From contig CBDCSV010000010.1 of NCBI GenBank assembly GCA_965221855.1, positions 67,650 to 131,649 on the forward strand: 64,000 nucleotides of DNA, in the 5' to 3' direction. Below the pieces are notes generated by a model. It was given only the letters and a program-made list of their open reading frames with translations, was not told the origin of the DNA and ran no database searches. Made by a program: the position numbers and the translations under genes. Each line of letters opens with the position of its first letter. Position 1 is the stretch's first letter. The DNA is from Rhodospirillales bacterium. GTDB taxonomy: Bacteria > Pseudomonadota > Alphaproteobacteria > Rhodospirillales > UBA2165. Positions 56,060 through 64,000 of this stretch are shown piece by piece.

Positions 56060-58558
56060 ATGAGCACGAATTCCGTACTGACCAAGATCGGCATTATCGC
56101 CGACGAAATGACCCCCCCGCGCGGAATGGCGCGGTACGTTCGCCCGTTCTTTTCGGCCGTCGCCGTCTGCTACGCCTATTTCTTCATCCATATTTCCTTC
56201 TTCGGACCGCCGGTCGAGGAAGTTTTCCGCGGCACCTTCGTCCTCGGCGTCGGCGTCATGTCCCTGCTGGCCTTCAAGAACCGGCAGCGTTCGTACCGCG
56301 ACAAAGCGGTCTGGCTCGACGAGATGTTCAGCATCGTCAACCTGATGATGCTCTGCGCCGCGATCGCGATCTGGATTCACTACCAGCTCGGCGATCACCC
56401 GAAACAGTGGTTCCGCTACTACGACGATACCGTGCTCATGGTCGGCTGGACCGGCGCCGCCGCGGGCTTCCTGATCTACCTGTTCGAAGGCTGGAAGCTG
56501 GAACAGGGCGACGGATTTACCATATCCGACACCCTGTTCCTGGTTTGCACGGTGCTGGGCGTTCTCTGGTACATCGACAACGTCCAGGACCTGCGTATCG
56601 CGACCGGCCGGCCCATCCCGGCCCTGCTGTTCATCTACGCCGCGATGCTGGTCGCCGCGAGTTTCGAGATTGCGCGCCGCATTGTCGGTCCGCTGATCCC
56701 GCTGCTCGGGTTTCTCTTTTTCATCTATTCGTTCGAGGATGTCGCCCAGGCGATGCCGGGGCTGCTCAACCACCCGGGCTATCAGGCCGAGGAGGTGATG
56801 GACTTCCTGATCGCGTCGACCGAGGGCATGTTCGGGCTGATCACGAACGTGTTCGCCACCTTCATCGTGATCTTCGTGATTCTCGGCGCGTTTCTCGAGA
56901 AGACGGGACTCGGCGCGGTCATCATCAACACCGCCTACCGTTTGACCGGCGCGAGGACCGGCGGCCCCGGCCTTACCGCCGTTATCAGTTCGGGCCTGTT
57001 CGGCATGATCTCGGGATCCGGCGTCGCCAACGTGATGACGACCGGCACCCTCACCATCCCGCTGATGAAGCGCGTCGGCTACCGCCCGGCATTTGCCGGC
57101 GGCGTGGAGGCGGCGGCTTCGACGGGCGGCGCGTACATGCCGCCGATCATGGGCGCGGGCGCGTTCCTGCTCGCCGAGCTCACCGAAACGCCCTACTTCA
57201 CGATCGTGACCATCGCCGTCATTCCGGCGATCCTCTACTACCTGTCGGTTGGCCTGATCGTGTTCTTCCGGGCCGTCAAGGACAAGCTTCACGGCGTTCC
57301 CGAGGAGGAACTGCCGAGCTGGAACGAAATCCTGCCGAAGCTGCACCTGCTGTTGCCGATCCCGGCGATGGTGTTCTTCCTGGTGGCGGGGGATTCACCG
57401 TTCCTCGCCGCGGCGAAGACCATCGTCCTGATCCTGATGCTGAAACTGATCGACCTGCTCGATTCCATGCCGACGCGCGTATCGCACAAGTCCTGGAGGA
57501 TTTACCTGCCGATCGCCATCGCCGTCGGCATCCTGGTCTACTTTTTCGGTGCCCAAATCGGTCCGCCGTTCATGTGGTTCGTCGTGGACTATGTCGGCAT
57601 CGGTTTCGGCGATGCGGGCTACTGGGTCGTGTTCACCTTCCTGGTCCTCAAGCTCGGCGAGATCGTCATCTGCGGGCGTGACGAGGCACTGGCCGAGGCG
57701 AAGGAAAAGGAGAAGGCGAAGAACGCGGAGAACATGATCGGCATCCCGGAAGACGAGAAGCCGATGCGCAGCCTCCGAGACGTATTCCTCGAGATGGTGC
57801 GCGTCACCTGGGCTTCCCTCGAAGCCGGTTCCCGCAACACGCTGGTCGTCAGCTGTATCGCGGGCGTTCTGGGCATTCTTCTGTCGGCCGCGACCAAGTC
57901 CGACCTGCCGGGCCGCGTCGCATCCCTGCTGGTCGAGGCGAGCGGCGGGATTCTGCCGATCACCATCATTCTGGTTATCGTTGCCGGCTATATCATCGGG
58001 ATGGGCCTGCCCATCGTGGCAAGCTACGTGCTGCTCGCGATCTTCGCGGTCGGCGCGCTCGTGGAGCTTGGCGTACCCAGCCTTGCCGCGCACATGATCA
58101 GCTACTGGGTGGCGGTGGTCAGCGCGGTGACGCCGCCGGTGGCGCTGGCCGCCTTCGCGGCGAGCTCCATATCCCAATCGGACCCGGTCTCCACCGGCAA
58201 TCAGGCGTTCAAGATGGCGTCGACGATCCTGATCATGCCGTTTCTGTTCGTCTACACGCCGCTGCTGCTCGACGGCCCGGCGATCAACATCGTGCTGACG
58301 ACCGCGGCCTGTGTCTTCGGCGTGATCGCGTGGGCCATGTTCCTCGAACGGTTCGGCGCGGGCGGCCTGATACGTCCGCTGGCGGGACTGGCCTCGGCCT
58401 GCCTGCTGTTGCCGACCGGCGCCGTCATCGGCGAGGTCTTCGGGTTCGACCCGGAGCTCCTGCTGCACGAACTCTACGCGGCCGGCGCGGCCGTCATGGC
58501 CGTTCTGTTCGTGCTTCTTTGGCGCGAACGCCGGTCCGCCGGAGCGCCGGCGGCCTGA
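56060..58558 (+). CDS. TAXI-type TRAP transporter fused DctQ/DctM permease
   Basis: About 830 aa with more than 16 TM helices. It is a fused-permease architecture directly after the TAXI binding protein. The start was trimmed to the ATG at 56060. Confidence 0.8.
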   Translation: MSTNSVLTKIGIIADEMTPPRGMARYVRPFFSAVAVCYAYFFIHISFFGPPVEEVFRGTFVLGVGVMSLLAFKNRQRSYRDKAVWLDEMFSIVNLMMLCAAIAIWIHYQLGDHPKQWFRYYDDTVLMVGWTGAAAGFLIYLFEGWKLEQGDGFTISDTLFLVCTVLGVLWYIDNVQDLRIATGRPIPALLFIYAAMLVAASFEIARRIVGPLIPLLGFLFFIYSFEDVAQAMPGLLNHPGYQAEEVMDFLIASTEGMFGLITNVFATFIVIFVILGAFLEKTGLGAVIINTAYRLTGARTGGPGLTAVISSGLFGMISGSGVANVMTTGTLTIPLMKRVGYRPAFAGGVEAAASTGGAYMPPIMGAGAFLLAELTETPYFTIVTIAVIPAILYYLSVGLIVFFRAVKDKLHGVPEEELPSWNEILPKLHLLLPIPAMVFFLVAGDSPFLAAAKTIVLILMLKLIDLLDSMPTRVSHKSWRIYLPIAIAVGILVYFFGAQIGPPFMWFVVDYVGIGFGDAGYWVVFTFLVLKLGEIVICGRDEALAEAKEKEKAKNAENMIGIPEDEKPMRSLRDVFLEMVRVTWASLEAGSRNTLVVSCIAGVLGILLSAATKSDLPGRVASLLVEASGGILPITIILVIVAGYIIGMGLPIVASYVLLAIFAVGALVELGVPSLAAHMISYWVAVVSAVTPPVALAAFAASSISQSDPVSTGNQAFKMASTILIMPFLFVYTPLLLDGPAINIVLTTAACVFGVIAWAMFLERFGAGGLIRPLAGLASACLLLPTGAVIGEVFGFDPELLLHELYAAGAAVMAVLFVLLWRERRSAGAPAA

Positions 58559-58566
58559 CGGGTTCC

Positions 58567-59846
58567 GGTAACGTCAAGAGTTATGTGTCAGGGAGACTGG
58601 GGTACTGATTCCCTGAGACTTGTTTTCGTGAATGAAGACCGCGAAGAGGATGCGGTCCATTGAGGTTTTATCCTTGAAGGTTCCCATGGGCCGGGTTCGT
58701 CTGCGAACCTCGCGGAACCTCCGTTCGATGGCATTGGTGGTCCTGACCTGCTTTCGCTCGGCGAGGTCCTTGTAGCGGAAGCAGGTGAGCAGGTCGTCGA
58801 GGTCGTTGCGCAGGCAGGCGACGGCCTTGGGGTAGGTATCTTCCCAGGCGTCGGCGAAGCGGCGGGCGGCGGTCTCGGCCTTGCGGCGGTTGGGGGCATT
58901 CATGACGGCGTGGACGTCGGCCTTGACGGCCTGCTGGTCGGCTACGCGGACCTTGTTGAGGATGTTCCTGATTTTGTGCGCCCAGCACCTCTGAACGGGG
59001 ATGCCGTGATAGACGATCGGCAAGGCGGCGAGCAGGCCTTGGCCGCCATCAACGCAGATCATCTCAAGGCCCTCGCCGGTGAGGCCGCGGCGGTGCAACG
59101 CGGTGAGGAAGCGCTCCCACTCCGCGGCGCTCTCGCTGGCGGCGAGTTGGAAGTCGATAATCTCCTTCTTGCCGTCGTGCCGTATGCCCAGCGCCACCAG
59201 GACCGGCCTCCTGAGCGCGCCGGCGCCGGTCTTGCAGGCCAGCACCACGCCGTCGAGCATCAGCGCCTTGTAGGCGTTCTTCAGCGGCCGGCGGTGGAAT
59301 GCGGCGACCGACAGATCGAGGGTCTTGGCGACCCGGCTCACCGTCGCGGCCGAGACCGGACGCCCGAGCAGGGCAAGCAGGACCTCGCCGACCTTGCGGG
59401 TCGAGAGCCCCAGCACGAAGCCGGCCAGGATGGCGCGGTCGATCTCTGGAGCGCGCCTTGCGTAGCTCTTCAGAACCTCGGTCGGGCAGAAGTGCCGGGT
59501 GCGCGGCACGTTGAGCTTGATGTCGCCGAGCTCGCTGAGCAGGCGGCGCCGGTAGGTGCCGTTGCGCCGGTCGCGCATAGCGCTGCCATCGAGGCCGTCG
59601 AGCCAGCGATCCACCGCCTCGGCCATCCGGCCCTCGATGATCTCGGCCAGCGCCTGGCGGCCAAGCGGGCGATAACCCTCGCCCCAGTCCAATCCGCCTG
59701 CTTGCATCTCCTTCACCACCTCAAAGGCTTGTGGTAGGTTCTCAATCGTTACAGCTTGCTGTGGCATCGGGGTGCTCCTTCTTGCGGTTGTCGTAAACCA
59801 CAGGGAGTACCCCATTCCCAACTGACACATAAATTTTTACGTCACC
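58567..59846 (-). mobile_element. IS256-family insertion sequence, copy 4 (no target-site duplication)
   Basis: The ends are the same as the other copies. The flanks are CGGGTTCC (left) and GTCCTATG (right), which do not match. The transposase has one substitution (GDIKLNVP). Confidence 0.9.
58574..59830 (-). CDS. IS256-family transposase
   Basis: 418 aa with one substitution relative to copy 1. Confidence 0.9.
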   Translation of the reverse strand: MCQLGMGYSLWFTTTARRSTPMPQQAVTIENLPQAFEVVKEMQAGGLDWGEGYRPLGRQALAEIIEGRMAEAVDRWLDGLDGSAMRDRRNGTYRRRLLSELGDIKLNVPRTRHFCPTEVLKSYARRAPEIDRAILAGFVLGLSTRKVGEVLLALLGRPVSAATVSRVAKTLDLSVAAFHRRPLKNAYKALMLDGVVLACKTGAGALRRPVLVALGIRHDGKKEIIDFQLAASESAAEWERFLTALHRRGLTGEGLEMICVDGGQGLLAALPIVYHGIPVQRCWAHKIRNILNKVRVADQQAVKADVHAVMNAPNRRKAETAARRFADAWEDTYPKAVACLRNDLDDLLTCFRYKDLAERKQVRTTNAIERRFREVRRRTRPMGTFKDKTSMDRILFAVFIHENKSQGISTPVSLTHNS

Positions 59847-60492
59847 GTCCTATGTGGTGGGTATCGCCATCGGGCTCCCGGTGGGGATCGTCTCGGCCCG
59901 GCACCAGTACGGATGGTTCGATCAGCTTGGAACCTTCGTCTCCATGGTCGGCTTCTCGGTGCCCACCTTCTTCAGCGGCGTGCTGCTGATCGTCGTCTTC
60001 TCCGTCGAACTCGGCTGGTTTCCGTCGATCTACGACACCACCCACCGGGTCACCGGCTGGGACAGCCTGCTGTTTCAGCTCCGGCAGATGGCGATGCCGG
60101 TCACGGTGCTGGCGCTCTACAACGCGGCTCAGATCAGCCGCTTCATGCGGGCCTCCGCGCTCGACAACCTCACCCTCGACTATGTGCGGACCGCCCGGGC
60201 CAAGGGCCTGTCGGAACGGAAGGTGATCTTCGTCCATGTGTTGCGGAACGCCGTCGGTCCCGTGGTGACGGTCGTGGCGCTCGGCGTTCCGGGCATATTC
60301 GGCGGCGCGATCATCACCGAGCAGATTTTCAAGGTCAATGGACTGGGACAGCTTCTGATCACGTCGATCCAGGCCAGCGACCTGCCGACGGTGCAGACCC
60401 TGACGTTCGTCTTCGCGGTTCTGATCGTCGCGTTCAACCTGCTGGCGGACCTCCTCCTCGGCATTCTCGATCCGCGGATCCGCTATGATTGA
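59847..60492 (+). pseudogene. 5'-truncated Opp/Dpp-type ABC permease (DppB-like); about the first 100 codons are missing at the IS256 junction
   Basis: The reading frame is open right from the IS end. The translation starts mid-protein (..VVGIAIGLPVGIVSARHQYGWFDQ..) and ends with the canonical ..ILDPRIRYD. The intact paralogue at 12392..13309 is 305 aa. Confidence 0.75.
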
Positions 60493-61396
60493 GATCGTTC
60501 CCATCCGTCACTTCCTCGAGCGCCACGTGGTGCGCCAATTCATGCGCCACAAGGGGGCGCTGCTCGGTTTCGCCTTCCTGATCTTCATTGTGGCGTTCGT
60601 CGCGTTCGGCCCGCTGATCTGGACGATCGATCCCCAGTTCATCGACATCCGGGCGCGGAATTCGGGGATGAGCCTTGCCCATCCGCTCGGCACCGACCAG
60701 CTCGGCCGGGACATGCTGGCGCGCCTGATGGCGGGCGGGCGCGCTTCGGTGGCCGTCGGCGCCGCGGCGATGCTGCTTTCGCTCCTCATCGGCGGCCTCG
60801 TCGGGCTCGTGGCCGGCTTCGTGCGCTGGCTGGACGGCCCCTTGATGCGCCTCACCGACCTGTTCCTGGCGCTGCCGCTCCTGCCCCTTCTGCTCGTCGT
60901 CATCCTGTTGTTCCGCGATGCGCTGCGGGCCGCGTTCGGACCCGAAGCGGGGATATTCATCCTCATGGTGGCCGTGATGGGCATCACCGGCTGGATGCAG
61001 ACCGCCCGCGTCGTCCGGGGCGAGGTCCTGACCGTGAAGGAGCGCGAGTTCGTGCTCGCGGCGCGGTCGGTCGGGGTTTCGGAGCGCCGGATCGCGCTCG
61101 GCCATGTCCTGCCGAACGTTCTCTCGCCCATAATGGTTTCGGCGACGCTGGGCATGGCCAACGCGATCATCACCGAATCGGCGCTCTCCTTTCTGGGGCT
61201 GGGCTTTCCCTCGGATTTCGCCACATGGGGCCGGCTGTTGTTCGATGCCACCGACTATCTGCAGCAATATCCGGGACGGGTTCTGTGGCCCGGACTGGCG
61301 ATTTCCCTCACCGTATTGTCGGTCAACTACATAGGCGACGGCCTCCGCGACTCCCTCGATCCGCGCTCGCGCTCGATGCACTCGGGCAGCCTGTAG
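60485..61396 (+). CDS. Opp/Dpp-type ABC permease (DppC-like)
   Basis: 303 aa with HPLGTDQLGRDMLARLMAGGR and a C-terminal GDGLRD. No ATPase or binding-protein genes follow. Confidence 0.8.
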   Translation: MIEIVPIRHFLERHVVRQFMRHKGALLGFAFLIFIVAFVAFGPLIWTIDPQFIDIRARNSGMSLAHPLGTDQLGRDMLARLMAGGRASVAVGAAAMLLSLLIGGLVGLVAGFVRWLDGPLMRLTDLFLALPLLPLLLVVILLFRDALRAAFGPEAGIFILMVAVMGITGWMQTARVVRGEVLTVKEREFVLAARSVGVSERRIALGHVLPNVLSPIMVSATLGMANAIITESALSFLGLGFPSDFATWGRLLFDATDYLQQYPGRVLWPGLAISLTVLSVNYIGDGLRDSLDPRSRSMHSGSL

Positions 61397-61420
61397 GAAT
61401 CCGCCGCAGGCCCGCGAGCC

Positions 61421-62206
61421 CTATCCGCCGCTCAGAAACGCCCGGACCACGTCATCGAAGGCGGCCCCGCATTCCAGGTGCGCGCAATGGGCGGCGTTGG
61501 GGAGGACGCACAGGCTGCCGTCCCGGACGCCCCTGGCAACCGCCGCCATCGCCTCGACGGTGAAGGTGTGATCCTTGTCCCCACCGATGACCAGCGTCGG
61601 CGGCGTGATTTCGCCCAGGCGGTCATGAATATCCCAGGACGTCATGTATCGGGGGCCGAGGCTGGCCGCCTCCGGCGATCCGCCGCGGCCGCAGGCGACG
61701 GTCTCTTCGAGGTAGGGGCTCGCGTCGCCGGCGGCGAACCAGTAGGGCGCCATCCACCGCCGGAGACCGTCCACGCCTTCCTTCTCCAGCACCGCCAGAC
61801 GCTCTTCGGGGCCGCGCGCCGAGGCCGCGCTCCCGCCCGGGCGGACGACGCCCGCGGACGAGGAATAGACGACCAGTTTCCGGATCCGGTCCCCGGCATC
61901 GAGGGCCATCTGCTGAACGATGCAGCCGCCCATGGAATGTCCGATGAGGTGAAAGGTCTCCAGGCCCCGATGGTCGGCGAAGCCGAGGACCGCCGCCGCC
62001 AGTTCCTCGATCGACCCGCAGGGCGGCAGTTGCCCGCTGCCGGCGAAACCCGGCAAATCCGGCGCGACGACGCGGAAACGATCCCGGCAGCCTTCGGCGA
62101 ACCGCCGCCAGAATCCGCCGCCCAGCAGAAACCCGTGCACCGCGAGCACCGGCTCGCCCGTGTTCCTTTCGTGGCCCCATTCGTGGAAATTCAGATCGCC
62201 GGCCAA
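61421..62206 (-). CDS. Alpha/beta-fold hydrolase
   Basis: HGFLLGG oxyanion region, GHSMGG nucleophile elbow, and a C-terminal His (AAHCAHLE). Confidence 0.8.
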   Translation of the reverse strand: MAGDLNFHEWGHERNTGEPVLAVHGFLLGGGFWRRFAEGCRDRFRVVAPDLPGFAGSGQLPPCGSIEELAAAVLGFADHRGLETFHLIGHSMGGCIVQQMALDAGDRIRKLVVYSSSAGVVRPGGSAASARGPEERLAVLEKEGVDGLRRWMAPYWFAAGDASPYLEETVACGRGGSPEAASLGPRYMTSWDIHDRLGEITPPTLVIGGDKDHTFTVEAMAAVARGVRDGSLCVLPNAAHCAHLECGAAFDDVVRAFLSGG

Positions 62207-62264
62207 GAAGCGCCCTCCCCTCGGACAACTATAGCCGCCGCGAGAGGCGGGAGATCAACGTACC

Positions 62265-62600
62265 TCACGCCGCCGCCGTTGCCAGTTCCCGCTTGGCCTG
62301 GATGATGGGCTTTATGTTTACCCGGCGCTTGGCATGCCATAGATCGTAGTTCTTCTGCATATTGATCCAGAAGTCCGGGCCGTTGTCGAAGAACGTGCCG
62401 AGCCGCACGGCCATATCGACGCTGATGGCATCGGGGTTCTTGTCTCTCGTAATGTTGTAGAGGGCCTGCCGGCTGACACCGAGCGCCGCCGAGACCTTCA
62501 CCATGCTGAGGCCCATCGCCTCGACGGACGCCCGGACGGTCTTGCCCGGATGGGATGGGGCCCGGGTTCTCTCGCGGGGTCTTACCGCATATTCAACCAT
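62265..62600 (-). CDS. higA: HigA-family antitoxin (XRE-type HTH), with no adjacent toxin gene
   Basis: 111 aa reading HPGKTVRASVEAMGLSMVKVSAALGVSRQALYNITRDKNPDAISVDMAVRLGTFFDNGPDFWINMQKNYDLW, the canonical HigA/VapI pattern. The longer track ORF overlaps the tRNA and was trimmed. Confidence 0.75.
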   Translation of the reverse strand: MVEYAVRPRERTRAPSHPGKTVRASVEAMGLSMVKVSAALGVSRQALYNITRDKNPDAISVDMAVRLGTFFDNGPDFWINMQKNYDLWHAKRRVNIKPIIQAKRELATAAA

Positions 62601-62633
62601 CAGTGATAATCGTCTAAGTCGTCCGGAAAAAAA

Positions 62634-62709
62634 TGGCGTCCCCAACGGGATTCGAACCCGTGTCGCCACCTTGAAAGGGTGGTGTCCTAGGCCTCTAGAC
62701 GATGGGGAC
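62634..62709 (-). tRNA. tRNA-Glu (anticodon UUC), CCA encoded
   Basis: The reverse complement reads GTCCCCATCGTCTAGAGGCCTAGGACACCACCCTTTCAAGGTGGCGACACGGGTTCGAATCCCGTTGGGGACGCCA. It folds as a cloverleaf with a 7-bp acceptor stem, a TTCGAAT T-loop, and the anticodon loop CTTTCAA. It is close to E. coli tRNA-Glu. Confidence 0.9.
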
Positions 62710-62778
62710 GCGGCCGGGCACGGGTCTACTTGCCGCCGGAGCGAAAATCAAGAGCTAACGAGTTTGAGCATCGCGGTT

Positions 62779-62873
62779 CACCCTCACCCCAACCCTCTCC
62801 CAGAGGGAGAGGGAGCTTGCCGTGCGTTCCCTCTCCCCCTTCTTCAGGGGGAGAGGGTCAGGGTGAGGGGGTG
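62779..62873. repeat. Nested GC-rich palindromic (REP-like) element
   Basis: The outer arms are CACCCTCACCCCAACCCTCTCC and GGAGAGGGTCAGGGTGAGGGGGTG. They enclose two internal hairpins, CCCTCTCCC-AGAG-GGAGAGGG and CCCTCTCCCCC-TTCTTCA-GGGGGAGAGGG. Confidence 0.7.
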
Positions 62874-62893
62874 CGAATGAACGGAGACCGCCG

Positions 62894-64000
62894 CTAGGTT
62901 GCCGCCGCCGCGTCGTCGAGCATCAGCTGCACGGTGGTCCGACCCTGCCAATGGTTGGGCCGCACCCGGCCAACCACATGGAGCGGCAGTCCGCCGTGAT
63001 TCAACAGCCGCTTGCCGAGTTCCGTATCCGCCGTCCGGAAGGAAATGGCGCTGAGCCGGGCCGAGCCGCCTTCGGTGAAGATGCACCGGACATGATCGGT
63101 TCCCACCACGTCGGCCTTCGCGACCCGGACCCCGGGCAGGGCGAAACGGGGCTCGGCGTTGCCGCTGCCGAAGGGCGCCAGCCGCTCCAGGTGCTCGGCC
63201 AGCTCCAGATTGGCGGCCTCGACGGTCAGGCTGCCGTCGACGGTGATCCGGGGCACCGCATCGCCCGCGGCGGCCTCCGCCGCGAGCCGCTCGGCGAGGA
63301 ACGCGCGCAAGTCGCCGATCCGGTCCGGATCGACGGTGAAGCCGGCGGCCATGGCGTGCCCGCCGCCATTGACCAGCAGGCCCTTCTGGCGCGCCGCGAT
63401 GATCGCCGCGCCGAGATCGATGCCGGCCATGGACCGCCCGGACCCCAGCCCCTTGCCGCCCTCGGTGGTGACCACGCAGGCGGGCAGGCCGAACCGTTCC
63501 ACCAGCCGCGCGGCGACGATCCCGATGACGCCCGGATGCCAGTCGCTGCCCGAGACCAGGAGGACGCCGTCGTGGCGGCCGGATTCCGCTTCCTCTATGG
63601 CGGCCTGGAGCACCCCCTCCTCGATGGCGCGGCGCTGCCGGTTGTATTCGTCCAGCGCGCCAGCGATCTCGGCGGCCTCGACGGCATCCTCGGTGCTCAG
63701 CAGGCGGGCGCCGAGATCGGAAGAGCCGAGCCGCCCCCCGGCATTGATCCGGGGTCCCAGCACGAAACCCAGGTGATAGGCGCTCGGTGTTTCATCCAAG
63801 CCGGCGGCATCGGCGAGCGCCGCGAGGCCGGTGTTCCCTCGCCCGGCCAGCACCTTCAGGCCCTGGCGGACGAAGGCCCGGTTGACCCCGGTCAGCGGCA
63901 CCACGTCGGCGACGGTGCCGAGGGCCACCATGTCGAGCCACCGGCGCAAATCGGGTTCGGGCCTGCCGGCGTAGTGGCCCGCCTCCCGCAGCGCCCGATT
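62894..64000 (-). CDS. recJ: Single-stranded-DNA-specific exonuclease RecJ, C-terminal part; the gene continues past the right edge
   Basis: It reads LGTVADVVPL, GPRINAGGR, DEYNRQRR and WHPGVIGIVAARL. The frame is open to position 64000. Confidence 0.85.
   Translation of the reverse strand, partial: NRALREAGHYAGRPEPDLRRWLDMVALGTVADVVPLTGVNRAFVRQGLKVLAGRGNTGLAALADAAGLDETPSAYHLGFVLGPRINAGGRLGSSDLGARLLSTEDAVEAAEIAGALDEYNRQRRAIEEGVLQAAIEEAESGRHDGVLLVSGSDWHPGVIGIVAARLVERFGLPACVVTTEGGKGLGSGRSMAGIDLGAAIIAARQKGLLVNGGGHAMAAGFTVDPDRIGDLRAFLAERLAAEAAAGDAVPRITVDGSLTVEAANLELAEHLERLAPFGSGNAEPRFALPGVRVAKADVVGTDHVRCIFTEGGSARLSAISFRTADTELGKRLLNHGGLPLHVVGRVRPNHWQGRTTVQLMLDDAAAAT

Noticed and set aside
62601-62669. 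A HigB toxin gene or an N-terminal extension of HigA (track ORF 62265..62669).
   Set aside because: The extension overlaps the tRNA-Glu gene and translates to non-HigA sequence. There is no room for a toxin ORF between higA and the tRNA.

Overview
High-GC (roughly 65%) alphaproteobacterium-like chromosomal window made up of accessory catabolic genes, heavily remodelled by eight insertion sequences: four near-identical IS256-family copies and two copies each of two related IS630-family elements. Region by region. (1) 1-2.66 kb is a core-like flank: a partial phytoene/squalene-synthase-family gene, an HpnE-like FAD desaturase, and a small membrane-protein pair. (2) 2.66-42.93 kb is a 40-kb block bounded by paired IS630 elements (type A inverted outside, type B direct inside). 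It carries lower-pathway genes of gallate/protocatechuate 4,5-cleavage (LigJ-like hydratase, RraA-type aldolase, LigI-like lactonase, GalD/PrpF tautomerase). It also carries a TPP enzyme, two tandem cytoplasmic arylsulfotransferase-like beta-propeller paralogues, and an Opp/Dpp-type ABC importer with no binding protein. Further cargo is a CoA-dependent module (acyl-CoA synthetase, crotonase, MaoC hydratase, TetR) with a DctPQM TRAP transporter, a COG0523 GTPase + M24 metalloenzyme pair, a 2-oxoacid dehydrogenase E1ab/E2 set, and LysR, TetR and LacI regulators. (3) 43-50 kb is a purine-salvage/catabolism segment: SMP-30 lactonase, guanine deaminase, BMP-type nucleoside ABC transporter and a decayed xanthine-dehydrogenase C-terminal remnant. 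(4) 50-59.8 kb holds a gallate dioxygenase (GalA) + DUF3237 + TAXI-TRAP module interleaved with three IS256 copies. (5) 59.8-64 kb holds a truncated second Dpp-type permease pair, an alpha/beta hydrolase, an orphan HigA antitoxin next to tRNA-Glu(UUC), a nested palindromic repeat and partial recJ. I recognised no CRISPR array, rRNA, prophage or known defence system. The most notable signals are architectural and regulatory. These are the IS630-bounded 40-kb island with CTAG/stop-codon targeting, IS630-derived MITEs, and target-site-duplication bookkeeping of the IS256 copies that points to at least one rearrangement. They also include an IS-scattered gallate pathway and two recurring operator-like motifs. 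The tandem ASST-like pair plus the binding-protein-less ABC importer is the best candidate for uncharacterised biology. All family assignments come from reading the translations by eye; no searches were run.
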